A DNA stretch of 64,000 nucleotides from an uncultured delta proteobacterium (GCA_963778655.1 CAVZVA010000005.1:64001-128000); one strand, 5' to 3'; shown: positions 31,087 to 42,309, counted from the first letter of the stretch. Notes: generated by a model not told the origin, from the sequence alone. Made by a program: numbers and translations.

Positions 31087-32309
31087 GGCCGCAGCAGGTT
31101 CGACAGGATCTTCGCGCCGGCTACCCAGGTGCCGAGCACGCCGCCCAGACTGCTGAGCACGAACACCATGAACACGCGCAGCAGGCGGTTGCGCCACAGC
31201 CCTGCGGGGCGGCTCAGATCCTCGGCCACCGATTGCAGCTCGCGCACGCGCGGCGGCACCAGGTAGGTCTGCACCAGCGCGGCCACGTAGCCCACGCCAA
31301 TCAACGGCGAGAGCGCAGTGAAGGGCGCCGCCGCGAAGGCGGCGAGCACGGTCAGCGGGTGGCCCAGCGCCAGCGCGCTGCCGAACGCGGCGGGAATCGC
31401 GTGCGCGAGGATCCAGATCAGCGCGTTGTCGCGCGCCACGTGCGCGCCGCGGGTCGCGCCCATGTACGCGATCGAGCCCACGATCAGCGCGGTCACGCCC
31501 CAGCCGAAGGCCTTCCACTTGCGCGACACGGGCGGGATGCGCTCGAGCTCCTGCAAGTCGACCTCACGCCGCTCGCGCAGCGCGGCCAGCATGCCCGAGA
31601 GGTGGCCGGCGCCGACCACCGCGACCACGGTCTGGCCCTGCGCCTGCGCGATCTTGGTCGCGAGGTAGCTGTCGCGCTCGTCGATCAGGCTGCGCTTCAG
31701 CTCGGGCATGGCCTCGCCCAGCTCCTGCATCAGCTCGCTCAGCACGTCGCGCTGCTTGAGCTTGCGCAGGTCCTCTTCGCTGATCTCGGGCGTCTCGCCC
31801 ACGCTCACGGCCACGCCCGAGAGCAGCATCGCCTTCTTGGTCAGCGGCAGCGAGGCCCAGGCCCGGCGCAGCGTCACGCGCACGTCGCGGTCGCACAGCG
31901 CGACCGGCACCCCGCTCTGCTTGGCCGCCTCGACCGCCTCGAGCAGCTCGCTGCCGGGCATCACGCCGAGCTTGAGCCCGAGCCGCTTCTGGTACGAGGC
32001 CAGGAACAGGTTGAGCATCAAGGTGGCGAGCTGGCGCTTGCGGATCACCTCGCGCAGGTCGAGCCCCTCCCAGCCCTTGCGCTGCGACAGCGCCTCGAAG
32101 CGTCTCTGATCGAGCTCGACGCAGACCACGTCCGGGCGCTCGCGCGCGATCACCTCGCGCACCAGCGAGACCGATTCCTGCGAGACATGGGCGGTCCCCA
32201 CCAGCACCAGGCGCCGCCCGTCGAGCACGAGCGTTTCGACCTCGTCGGGGTAGGCTTGCTGCAGAACGCTGGCCGGCTCGGGGGCCGCGTCCGACGCGCT
32301 GTCGCTCAT
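31083..32309 (-). CDS. TraB/PrgY family protein
   Basis: LVGTAHVS, VCVELD..R, PGSE, LCDRDV, LIDERD, VVGAGH; C-terminal TM segments. Confidence 0.92.
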   Translation of the reverse strand: MSDSASDAAPEPASVLQQAYPDEVETLVLDGRRLVLVGTAHVSQESVSLVREVIARERPDVVCVELDQRRFEALSQRKGWEGLDLREVIRKRQLATLMLNLFLASYQKRLGLKLGVMPGSELLEAVEAAKQSGVPVALCDRDVRVTLRRAWASLPLTKKAMLLSGVAVSVGETPEISEEDLRKLKQRDVLSELMQELGEAMPELKRSLIDERDSYLATKIAQAQGQTVVAVVGAGHLSGMLAALRERREVDLQELERIPPVSRKWKAFGWGVTALIVGSIAYMGATRGAHVARDNALIWILAHAIPAAFGSALALGHPLTVLAAFAAAPFTALSPLIGVGYVAALVQTYLVPPRVRELQSVAEDLSRPAGLWRNRLLRVFMVFVLSSLGGVLGTWVAGAKILSNLLRP

Positions 32310-32597
32310 GGTCGGCCCTCGCCCGGGTCACGGGCAGGAAATCCGCGGGTCGACCCGGCAGGTGGCATGGCGCCGCGCAGCATAGGACTAGTCGCCTGGA
32401 TCCGTGATTTCTTGCCTGTATCGGCGCGGGTTCGGCGCTGCTCGCAAGGCGCGCGAGCGCAGGAATACTGCGTGGTATTTCAAGCTCGCGCAACGCCGCG
32501 AGCGGTGGCGAGGGCGTGTCGAGATAGGTGAGGGATCACGGATCCAGGGGACTACGCGTTGGAATCGCAAACCACCGCGGCGAGAATAGCAGCAGCC

Positions 32598-33413
32598 ATG
32601 ACCGGCTCGAGTCACCGCGTGCGCGTCGGTCCGCTGCCGCCCTGGCTGGACTTCCACCGGCTGCTGGGTCCTGGCGACTGGCAGATCGCGCCCGATGCCG
32701 CCGGGAGGCTGCGCGCCCAGGCCGCGCTCGAGCGCGAGCAGGCCGCGGATCTGTTCGCGCGGCTGCGCGGCGTCGGCCTGGGTGGCGCGCCGCTTTCGCT
32801 CGAGATCACCCCGGCGCTGCCGCGCGCTGCCGTGCGCGCGGCGCTCGCGGTCGAGGCCCGGCGCTATCGCCGGGGCAGCCCGGGCTTCACCCACCGGGGC
32901 GCGCGCCTGGACGCCGAAGGACGGCGCTCGCTCACGCCCGAAACGCTGGCGCTCGAGCTCGGCCGGCGCGCCGCCGGCGTGCACGTGCTCGACGCCGGCT
33001 GCGGCGCTGGCGGCAACGCGATCGGCTTCGCGCGCGCGGGCTGCCGCGTGACGGCGATCGAGCACGACTCCGCGCGGCTGGCGCTGGCGCGCCACAACGC
33101 GCGGCTGTACGGCGTGCAGGACCGCATCCGCTTCGTCGCCGGCGACGCGCGCGCGCAGCTGGCCCAGCTGGCGGCCGACCTGCTGTTCGTCGACCCGCCG
33201 TGGGGTGCGCGCTACGACAAGGCGCGGGTTGCGCTCGCCGACCTCGGCCTGTTGCAGAGCCTGCTCGCGCAGCGCGCGCGCTTCGCCCAAACCTGGGCCA
33301 AGGTGCCGCCCTCGTTCGATCCGCAGACCGTGCCAGGGGTGCGGGTCGAGGCATTCTTCGGCGCGGGCGAAGGCGACGCCCGCCGCGTGAAGTTTCTGCT
33401 GCTGCAGCTGTAG
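32598..33413 (+). CDS. Class I SAM methyltransferase resembling TGS1 (cap guanine-N2 methyltransferase)
   Basis: SLTPE, LDAGCGAGGNAIGFA, LARHNARLYGV.DRIRFVAGD, LFVDPPWG. Confidence 0.75.
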   Translation: MTGSSHRVRVGPLPPWLDFHRLLGPGDWQIAPDAAGRLRAQAALEREQAADLFARLRGVGLGGAPLSLEITPALPRAAVRAALAVEARRYRRGSPGFTHRGARLDAEGRRSLTPETLALELGRRAAGVHVLDAGCGAGGNAIGFARAGCRVTAIEHDSARLALARHNARLYGVQDRIRFVAGDARAQLAQLAADLLFVDPPWGARYDKARVALADLGLLQSLLAQRARFAQTWAKVPPSFDPQTVPGVRVEAFFGAGEGDARRVKFLLLQL

Positions 33414-33652
33414 CAGCCGGGGTCGGCACGCCGCGGCGGGCGCGCCGGCATTGTTGGCGGGTCCCGGCGATCGATGATAGGAGGTCGATAGGCCGGCTGC
33501 TCCGGCCGCGGGCGGCGCCGGGGCTGTCGCCGCGAGCGCTCTGGAGCGCCTCCCGCGAGCCGGGCCCGCGCGGCTGCTCACCGCGCGGGTCGCGCGGCCC
33601 GCGCGTCGCGCTCATGCGCGTGAGGCGCGCCGCGTCGCGCAGGAGGTTCGAG

Positions 33653-34999
33653 GTGAGTCACACGCAAGACTGGCTCGATGTGATCCAAATCCAGCTGCGC
33701 CAGCTCGGCCTTGCGCCAAGCCTGGCGGGAAGCGCCGCGCAGGTGGTGGCCGTCGGCATCATCCTGGCGGCCTGTTGGCTCGCGTACTACCTGGCCAGGA
33801 GGTTCATCCTGGCTTGGGTCAAGCTGTTCGCGAGCAGGACCGAGAACCACTGGGACGACATTCTGGTCGCACGCGGCGTCTTCGACCGGCTCTCGCACCT
33901 GGCGCCGGGATTGGTCGCCTACGCGCTGTTGCCGCTGGTGTTCTCCGATGCGGGCGGGGCGCAGGCCGCGATCCGTCGCGTCGCGCTGGCGTACATGGTG
34001 ATCACCGGCACGCTGGCGGTGGACGCGCTGCTGTCCGCGCTGGTCCAGATCTACGAGAGCTTCGCTGTCGCGCGCACCCACCCCATCAACACCTACGTGC
34101 AGGTGGTGAAGATCGCGGTGTACCTGGTGGCCGGCATCGTGGTGCTGGCCACGCTGCTCGATCGTTCTCCGTGGGGCTTTCTGACGGGCCTGGGCGCGCT
34201 GACCGCCGTGCTGATCTTGGTCTTCAGGGACACCATCCTCGGCTTCGTGGCCAGCGTGCAATTGATCGCCAACGACATGGTGCGGCGCGGCGACTGGATC
34301 GAGGTGCCCAAGTACGGGGCCGACGGAGACGTGATCGACATCTCCGTGGCGACCGTGAAGGTCCAGAACTGGGACAAGACGATCTCGATGATTCCGACCT
34401 ACGCCTTGATCTCGGAGAGCTTCAAGAACTGGCGCGGCATGAGCGAGTCGGGGGGGCGCCGCATCAAGCGCGCGATCTACATCGACATGCTCAGCGTGCG
34501 CTTCTGCGACGACGCGATGCTCGACCGCTTCGAGCGCATCGCGGTGCTCGCCGACTACGTGCGCGAGCGCCGCAAGGAGATCGAGGGCTACAACCGGGAA
34601 CAGGGTTTGGACCCCGGCGAGGTGGTCAACGGCCGGCGCATGACGAACCTCGGCACCTTCCGCGCGTACGTGGTCGCGTACCTGCGCAGGCATGCCAAGA
34701 TCCGCCAGAACATGACCTTTCTGGTGCGCCAGCTCGCGCCCGGACCGACCGGCCTTCCGATCGAGATCTACGCGTTCAGCGCCGATCAGGCCTGGGCCAA
34801 CTACGAGAGCATCCAGGCCGACATCTTCGACCACCTGCTGGCGGTGGTTCCCGAGTTCGGGCTCAACGTCTTCCAGAACCCGAGCTCCGCCGACCTGCGC
34901 CACGCGCTGGCGGCGCTGCCCGCGGAAGGCTCGGCGTTGGCCGCGTCGAGACCGGCGCGCGTGCAGGCGCTCGATGGAGGACCCCCGGCCGGGGGATGA
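33653..34999 (+). CDS. Mechanosensitive channel, MscS family (YbdG/MscM-like)
   Basis: AGGAGG SD at 33641 then GTG 33653; GDWIEVPKYGADGDV, VKVQNWDKT, NWRGMSESGGRRIKR, TNLGTFR. Confidence 0.93.
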   Translation: MSHTQDWLDVIQIQLRQLGLAPSLAGSAAQVVAVGIILAACWLAYYLARRFILAWVKLFASRTENHWDDILVARGVFDRLSHLAPGLVAYALLPLVFSDAGGAQAAIRRVALAYMVITGTLAVDALLSALVQIYESFAVARTHPINTYVQVVKIAVYLVAGIVVLATLLDRSPWGFLTGLGALTAVLILVFRDTILGFVASVQLIANDMVRRGDWIEVPKYGADGDVIDISVATVKVQNWDKTISMIPTYALISESFKNWRGMSESGGRRIKRAIYIDMLSVRFCDDAMLDRFERIAVLADYVRERRKEIEGYNREQGLDPGEVVNGRRMTNLGTFRAYVVAYLRRHAKIRQNMTFLVRQLAPGPTGLPIEIYAFSADQAWANYESIQADIFDHLLAVVPEFGLNVFQNPSSADLRHALAALPAEGSALAASRPARVQALDGGPPAGG

Positions 35000-35005
35000 C
35001 GCGGG

Positions 35006-36154
35006 ATGAACGCGGCTCGAGCACACCGGCCGTCGCCGTGCGCGCGTGCGCGGCTGCTCGTCACGGCCGCGCTCGACTGCGCGCTGCTCGTGCTCGCGTG
35101 CCCATCGAGCGCGGGGGCCGCGCCCGCTGCGCCGACCGTGGTGGCCGATGCCGGAGCCGCCGCGCCCGCTCCGCTGCGCGTGGCGGTGGCGGGAAGCCCG
35201 CCGTTCGTGTTGCGCGGCGCAGCAGGCGCGCCGGACGGGCTGAGCATCGAAGTCTGGCAGCGCGCCGCCGAGCGCTTGCACCTGGCTTACCGGTTTCTGC
35301 CCGCCGTGCACGTCGACCAGGCGCTCGGCCAGGTGGAGCATGGCGCAGCCGACGTGCTGGTGGGCCCGGTCAGCATCCTTGCCGAGCGCGCGACCCGTGT
35401 GGCGTTCACCCAGCCCTACTACTATTCGAGCCTGGCGATCGCGGCGCCCGCCGGCGGTGGCCTGCTCGAGCGTACGCGGGCGTTCCTGAACCGTGCGTTC
35501 GTCACGGCGGCAGCCGTGTTCGGCGCGATCCTGCTGGTGGTGGGCACGCTGGTGTGGCTGGCCGAGCGCCGCAAGAACCCGGCGCAATTTCCGCGAGAGC
35601 CTGCGCGCGGCATCGGCCACGGCATCTGGACGGCGCTGGTCACCATGACCACGGTCGGCTACGGCGACCACGTGCCGATCACGCTCCGCGGCCGCATCGT
35701 GATGGGCGCGTGGATGCTGGTCTCGATGGTCGCAGCCTCCTCGATCACCGCGTTCCTCGCCACGGCGCTGACGGTTTCTCAGATCGATCGCGCGCGCTTT
35801 TCCAGCGCCGACCAGCTAAGGGGCCGTCGCGTCAGTGTGGTGCGAGGCACTGTCTCGCAGCGCTTCGCCCGCGCGCAGCACGCACGCCCGGTACCGGCCA
35901 AGGACCTCGACGCCGCGATCGCGCTGGTGCGCAAGGGAAAGGCCGAGGCCCTGGTGTTCGACGAGCCGATCTTGCGCTACGCGCTCGAGCAGCGCCCGGA
36001 CGTCGACCTGGAGATCTCGGCTGCGACCTACTGGCCCCAGGCCTACGGCTTCGCGCTGCCCCGCGGCGCCGCCTTGCGCGACGCGCTGAGTGTCGAGCTG
36101 TTGCGATTGCAGGAGTCGGGCGAGCTCGACGCCATCACCAACCGCTGGCTCTGA
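35006..36154 (+). CDS. GluR0-like ligand-gated K+ channel (split periplasmic binding domain around the pore)
   Basis: SPPFV, DGLSIEVW, FTQPYY, TM segments, K+ filter TMTTVGYGD, YGFALP, GELDAITNRWL. Confidence 0.88.
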   Translation: MNAARAHRPSPCARARLLVTAALDCALLVLACPSSAGAAPAAPTVVADAGAAAPAPLRVAVAGSPPFVLRGAAGAPDGLSIEVWQRAAERLHLAYRFLPAVHVDQALGQVEHGAADVLVGPVSILAERATRVAFTQPYYYSSLAIAAPAGGGLLERTRAFLNRAFVTAAAVFGAILLVVGTLVWLAERRKNPAQFPREPARGIGHGIWTALVTMTTVGYGDHVPITLRGRIVMGAWMLVSMVAASSITAFLATALTVSQIDRARFSSADQLRGRRVSVVRGTVSQRFARAQHARPVPAKDLDAAIALVRKGKAEALVFDEPILRYALEQRPDVDLEISAATYWPQAYGFALPRGAALRDALSVELLRLQESGELDAITNRWL

Positions 36155-36214
36155 CTCGGTTTCGCCCTCTTCCAACGGCCCTCGCTCGTCCAGCGCTTTT
36201 CGTGCCAACCGTGG

Positions 36215-37207
36215 CTACTGCGCGCGCACGTCGCGGACCTGGCCGGGCGCCGTCTCGGGCGAGGCCGGCATGCGCTGCTGCTGTTGCTCCAGCACCTTCT
36301 TGATCCTGTCTTGCTCGGCCTGACGGGCGCGCGTGGCGGCTGATTGCTGCGCTTGCTGCGCTCCGGCCATGCCCGCGGCCTTGTCCTGCTGGGCGCCCCC
36401 TGCGGTGCCGGCTTGCCCGCGCTGCGCGCTCACCACGCCGGCGGCCTTGCCCTGGTTGCGTTGCGAGGCCGCCAGCGACTGCGCCGGGGTCATCAGGGTG
36501 GCGGTCCTTTGACCGGGCGCGCTCTGGGCGGCGACCCCGCCCGCGCGGGTCGTGCCCGAGCCGGTCTTGGCGGCCGCCGCGCCCGCGCCGGGTCGTTGCG
36601 CGGGCGCGACGACCTGGCTGGCGCTGGTGACGGCATGCTGCGCGGTGGTTTGGGCCGCGGCGCTCTGCGCAGCCTGCGCGGCGTTTTGCTGCGCGGCGGC
36701 TTGCGTGGCTGCCGCGCTGTTCGACGCGGCCGCCGCGCTCGCCGCCGCGTTTTGCTGCGCGGCGGGCTGGCTCGCCGCGGCGTTTTGCTGCGCGGCAGCC
36801 CCGGTGGCCGCAGCGCTCCGCGCGGCTTGCGCCGCGGCGCTCTGCGCCTGGCTCGGCGCGACCGCTGTCTGGGTGCTCTGCGGTGTGCCGGTTTGCACCT
36901 GAGTGACGTCCGGCGCCGGGCGAGCCGCTTGGCTCGCGGGCTGAGTCATCGCAGCCGTGGCGGCGCCGCTGCCGCCGCTGCTCGCCTGCGCCGTGCCCGA
37001 GCCGTTGGTGCTCGCGCCGCCGCTCGCCGGCGCGCTGGTCGCGGGTGTGGCTGGAGCCGGATTCTCGGAGCCCGCGCTCGCGCTGCTACTGCCGCTCTGA
37101 GTCGAGTACGACGTGCCGAAGGTCGAGTGCACCTCGCAGGCGCCCAGCGCCAGCGCGATCAGTGGGAGCACAAAGCGGGAGGCATTCGATGGCATAGGCT
37201 TCCTCAT
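36215..37207 (-). CDS. Low-complexity Ala/Gln/Ser-rich lipoprotein
   Basis: Lipobox LALGAC; AAQQNAA three times (DNA repeats at 36681, 36747, 36780). Confidence 0.65.
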   Translation of the reverse strand: MRKPMPSNASRFVLPLIALALGACEVHSTFGTSYSTQSGSSSASAGSENPAPATPATSAPASGGASTNGSGTAQASSGGSGAATAAMTQPASQAARPAPDVTQVQTGTPQSTQTAVAPSQAQSAAAQAARSAAATGAAAQQNAAASQPAAQQNAAASAAAASNSAAATQAAAQQNAAQAAQSAAAQTTAQHAVTSASQVVAPAQRPGAGAAAAKTGSGTTRAGGVAAQSAPGQRTATLMTPAQSLAASQRNQGKAAGVVSAQRGQAGTAGGAQQDKAAGMAGAQQAQQSAATRARQAEQDRIKKVLEQQQQRMPASPETAPGQVRDVRAQ

Positions 37208-37282
37208 GACGACGTGGCTGCAAAGGTCTGACGAGAGCATTGCCGCGCGATTCACCGCGCGGTACGGCTGCTGCTGCTGCTA

Positions 37283-38541
<1,259 letters not shown>

Positions 38542-38633
38542 AGGCCGCGCAATGTAGCACCGAACGCCCGTGCCGGCAGCATACCGGGACCGGACGGGGC
38601 CCGCGGCCTGCGCTACAGTGGGCGCCAGGCCGC

Positions 38634-39362
38634 ATGGCTCACCGGGACGTCATTCGCATCCGCGGGCTCGAGGTCGACTGCGTGGTCGGCGTGTACCCGC
38701 GCGAGCGCGCCCGGCCGCAGCCGCTGGTGCTCGACGCCGCGCTGTGCCTGGACACCGAGCGCGCCGCGCGCGAGGAGCGGCTGCGGCATTCGATCGACTA
38801 CGCGCAGCTCAGCGCGCAGCTCGCATTCCTGCTGAGGAGCTGCCGCTTCCGCATGCTGGAGACCGCCGCGTACGCGTTGTGCCGATACCTGCTCGCGCCG
38901 CCCTCGGCCGGCGAGCGGCGCGCCGCGCTCGCGTCGGTGCGCCTGAGGTTGACCAAGCCCACGGCGCTGGCCGGGCACGCGGTGCCTTCGCTGGAGATCG
39001 AGCGCGAGGCCGGCTGGTACGAGCTGGCGCAGGAGCACAAGCCCTTCGGCACCGTCGACGTCATCCACGAGACGCGCGACGCGGGCATCTACCGCCTCAA
39101 CGTCGCCCCGCAGCGCAGCATCCCGCTGCACGTGCACAGGGTGATGCAGGAAGCCGAGATGGTGCTGAGCGCGGGCCTGACCTGCCAGGGCAAGCCCGTG
39201 GCAGCAGGCACCGTGCACCGCTGGCCGCTGGGCGCTGCGCACTGCTATCACAACCCGACGCGCAGGTCGCAGACCATCCTGTGCGTGGACTCGCCGCCGT
39301 TCCAGCAAGACGACGAGATCGCGGTCGCGGGTGAGCCGGCCGAGGTCCGCGCCGAGCCATGA
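38634..39362 (+). CDS. folB: Dihydroneopterin aldolase fused to a C-terminal cupin-like domain
   Basis: IRIRGLEVDCVVGVYPRERARPQPL, SIDYA, LETAA, LTKP; then IPLHVH..MQEAE...HCYHN. Confidence 0.8.
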   Translation: MAHRDVIRIRGLEVDCVVGVYPRERARPQPLVLDAALCLDTERAAREERLRHSIDYAQLSAQLAFLLRSCRFRMLETAAYALCRYLLAPPSAGERRAALASVRLRLTKPTALAGHAVPSLEIEREAGWYELAQEHKPFGTVDVIHETRDAGIYRLNVAPQRSIPLHVHRVMQEAEMVLSAGLTCQGKPVAAGTVHRWPLGAAHCYHNPTRRSQTILCVDSPPFQQDDEIAVAGEPAEVRAEP

Positions 39363-39429
39363 AGCCGCGCGCCCCGAGCCGGCGGGTCGGTGCGGCGCGC
39401 GCGGGGGCGCAGGCAGGCGAGGGCGCAGC

Positions 39430-40209
39430 ATGAGCAAGCAGCCCGCGGGCGCGCTGCCGGCGCGCGTGCTGCTGACCGGCGCCAGCCGCGGCATCGGCCG
39501 CGCGATCGCCGAGGCACTGCTCGGCCGCGGCGTGCGGCTCGCGCTGGTCGGACGCGAGCGTGGCACGCTCGAAGCGGTGCTCGGCGGCGCGCGCGGGCAC
39601 GCCGTGCTGGTCGCCGATCTGCAGCGGCTGGATGCCGCCGAGGCCTGCGTGGAGCAGGCTGCGTCCGCGCTCGGCGGGCTCGAGGCCTTCGTGGCTTGCG
39701 CGGGGGTGGCGAATCACGCGCAGGTGGGGGCGATCGGGCGCGGCGCGCTCGAGCGCCAGCTCGCGGTCAACTTCAGCGCGCCCTTCATGATGGCTCAGCG
39801 CGCCGCCGATCACATCGCGCGCGCGGGCGGCGGCTCGATCCTGCTGATCGCCAGCACGCTGGGGCTGCAGCCGCCTGCCGCCGGCACATCGGCCTACGCG
39901 GCGAGCAAAGCCGCGCTGATCTCGATGGCGCGCTCGTTCGCGCTCGAGCTGGGGCCGCGCGGGGTGCGCGTCAACGCGATCGCGCCCGGCGTGGTCGATA
40001 CCGAGATGGCGCGCGCGCCGCACGCGGGCGCGGCGGACAAGAGCGTGGGGGCGCGGCTCGAGGCGCTGCGCGCGCTGCACCCGCTCGGCCGGCTGGGCCG
40101 ACCAGAGGACGTGGCCGAAAGCGCCCTCTATTTGCTGGCGGCGCCCTACGTGACCGGTGCGGTGATGGTGGTCGATGGTGGGCTGCTGCTCGGCCAGGGC
40201 GTGTCGTGA
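39430..40209 (+). CDS. Short-chain dehydrogenase/reductase
   Basis: TGASRGIG, YAASK, VNAIAPGVVDT, VDGG. Confidence 0.93.
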   Translation: MSKQPAGALPARVLLTGASRGIGRAIAEALLGRGVRLALVGRERGTLEAVLGGARGHAVLVADLQRLDAAEACVEQAASALGGLEAFVACAGVANHAQVGAIGRGALERQLAVNFSAPFMMAQRAADHIARAGGGSILLIASTLGLQPPAAGTSAYAASKAALISMARSFALELGPRGVRVNAIAPGVVDTEMARAPHAGAADKSVGARLEALRALHPLGRLGRPEDVAESALYLLAAPYVTGAVMVVDGGLLLGQGVS

Positions 40210-40299
40210 AGAAAGCCCGCTCGCTGCGCGTCGGCTTTGTGGGAGACGCGGGCCGTGGTAGAAATCGATACGGACGCGTGGCCCACGAGGGATGGAGTC

Positions 40300-40923
40300 A
40301 TGAAACGCGTGCGCTTGGTCAGTTGCTCTTGCATGCTCTTGCTGCTGGCGTCCGGGGGGCTGCCGGCCGCGGCACAGGCCGGCGCCGGACCCGTGATCAG
40401 CGCCGAGGTGCGCCACGGTGAGATCGACTCGCGCCTGGTGCCACACCCCGGGACCAGCGCGCAGCTCGGTCGCGCGGTCGCGCTGGTCGCGGCGCCGGCC
40501 GCGGACGTCACCGCGGTGCTGCAGAACTATGCGGGCTACCGCACCTTCCTGCCCAACTTCGAGACCTCGCGCGTGCTGTCGCAGCGTGGCGCTTCCGCGC
40601 TGGTCTACCTGCAGGTGAGCATCCTGCACGGCGCGGCCAAGATCTGGGTCGAGGTCAAGCTGCGCCCGAAGCAACTCGACGGCGGGACGCGCGTGATCGA
40701 GGCCACCATGCTCAAGGGCAACGTCAGCCGCTTCGAGGCGAGCTGGGAGATCACGCCCGTCGATCCGCAGCACACCCTGGTCGCGTTTCAGATCTTCGTC
40801 GATCCCGACATGCCAGTGCCGACCAGCCTGATCGATCACGAGAACCAGAAGAACGCCCGCAAGGCAGTCGGCGCGCTGCGCGATCTGATGGCCCAGCGCA
40901 AGGACGCTCGCAAAGCGTCCTGA
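40300..40923 (+). CDS. Secreted SRPBCC/polyketide-cyclase-like (START fold) protein
   Basis: Signal peptide; NYAGYRTFLP, KGNVSRFEASWEI. Confidence 0.7.
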   Translation: MKRVRLVSCSCMLLLLASGGLPAAAQAGAGPVISAEVRHGEIDSRLVPHPGTSAQLGRAVALVAAPAADVTAVLQNYAGYRTFLPNFETSRVLSQRGASALVYLQVSILHGAAKIWVEVKLRPKQLDGGTRVIEATMLKGNVSRFEASWEITPVDPQHTLVAFQIFVDPDMPVPTSLIDHENQKNARKAVGALRDLMAQRKDARKAS

Positions 40924-40938
40924 GCAGGCGCGATATTT

Positions 40939-42309
40939 CTAACTTCTCCGCGGCGGCGGTCGCGACAAGAACATCTCCATCACGCCGGCGCCCTCGCCTG
41001 TGGCTTGGGCTTGCTGGAGCTTCTCCACCGCTTCCGGGCCGACCTGCTGCTCGATCACCCGGCGCACCATCGGTGTGATGGTGTAGCCCGCGGGCAGCTC
41101 GGGCGCGTCGTCGACCCTGCGCGCCATGGCTGCGTCGACCACCTTGGCCAGGCGCTGCTGCTTGGCTGCGACCAGCTTGGCGTCGCGTTCCTGGAACTCG
41201 GGCATCACCTCTTTGGCGAACAGCTCGAGCGACTCCATGATGTGCTCGTGCTTGTTGCGGCCCGCTTGCAGCACGAAGATGATCTGGTCGACGCCGGCCT
41301 GCTCGTAGCGGCGCACGTAGTCGCGTAGCTGCGCCGGCGTGCCCACCGCACCGCGCAGCCCTTGGGTCTCGCCCGCGGCCACCTTCGCACCGAGCCGCTC
41401 CTGCTCCAGCGCGAGCGCCACCTCGGGCGAGTATCCCATCTGCGCGCGCTTGTCCTGGAACTCCTGCCAGACGTCGGTCTTGCCTGGAACGTGCTTGCCG
41501 AAGACGTAGAAGTGCGCCAGCGAGTAGCCGAAGAAGTTCGCGCCTTCGAGCCCGCGCGCAATCGCTTCGCGCTCGTCGTGGTGCAGCATCATCGGGCTGA
41601 CGCAGGCCACCTGCGGGTTGACGGCCAGCCCGATCGGCTTGCACTCCTCGGCCAACACCCGCTCGTAGTCCTGCACCCAGCCCTGCGCCTCCTCCGGGTC
41701 GATGAACGCGAAAGTGAGCGCGCCGATGCCCTCGCGCGCGGCCAGCAGGATGGTGTCGCGTCGCGAGCAGGCTACCCACAATGGCGGGTGCGGCTTCTGC
41801 ACCGGCTTGGGCACGCAGTTGCGCGGCGGCATCTCGACGAAATCGCCCTTGAAGCCGGTGAAGGGCGTCTCGGTCATGCAGCGCAGCGCGACCTTCAGGC
41901 CCTCGCGCCACATCGCGCGCTTGTGCTCGACGTCGATGCGAAAGCCGCGCAGCTCCGCGCGCGAGGACGACTCGCCGGTGCCGAGCTCGACACGGCCTTT
42001 GGAGACCAGGTCGAGGGTGGCGATGCGCTCGGCGACGCGCGCCGGGTGGTTGTACGCGGGCGCCGTCTGCACGATGCCGTGGCCCAGGCGGATGTTCTTG
42101 GTGCGTTGGCTGCACGCGGCCAGAAACACCTCGGGCGCGCTCGAGTGCGAATACTCCTCGAGGAAGTGGTGCTCGACCTCCCAGACCGTGTCGAAACCGA
42201 GCTTGTCGGCGAGCTCGACTTGATCGAGCGCGTCCTGGAACAACTTGAGCTCCGCGCCGTCGCTCCAGGGCCGCGGCAACTGGTGCTCGTAGAAGATACC
42301 GAACTTCAC
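40939..42309 (-). CDS. LLM-class flavin-dependent oxidoreductase
   Basis: GTG 42309 (KFGIFYEHQLPRPW); WEVEHHF, IRLGHG, HPARVAERIATLD, PHPPLWVA. Confidence 0.92.
   Translation of the reverse strand: MKFGIFYEHQLPRPWSDGAELKLFQDALDQVELADKLGFDTVWEVEHHFLEEYSHSSAPEVFLAACSQRTKNIRLGHGIVQTAPAYNHPARVAERIATLDLVSKGRVELGTGESSSRAELRGFRIDVEHKRAMWREGLKVALRCMTETPFTGFKGDFVEMPPRNCVPKPVQKPHPPLWVACSRRDTILLAAREGIGALTFAFIDPEEAQGWVQDYERVLAEECKPIGLAVNPQVACVSPMMLHHDEREAIARGLEGANFFGYSLAHFYVFGKHVPGKTDVWQEFQDKRAQMGYSPEVALALEQERLGAKVAAGETQGLRGAVGTPAQLRDYVRRYEQAGVDQIIFVLQAGRNKHEHIMESLELFAKEVMPEFQERDAKLVAAKQQRLAKVVDAAMARRVDDAPELPAGYTITPMVRRVIEQQVGPEAVEKLQQAQATGEGAGVMEMFLSRPPPRRS

Noticed and set aside
31083..32309. TraB as evidence of a conjugative element
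   Set aside because: The TraB/PrgY family is a common chromosomal protein, and there is no relaxase, T4SS or integrase nearby.
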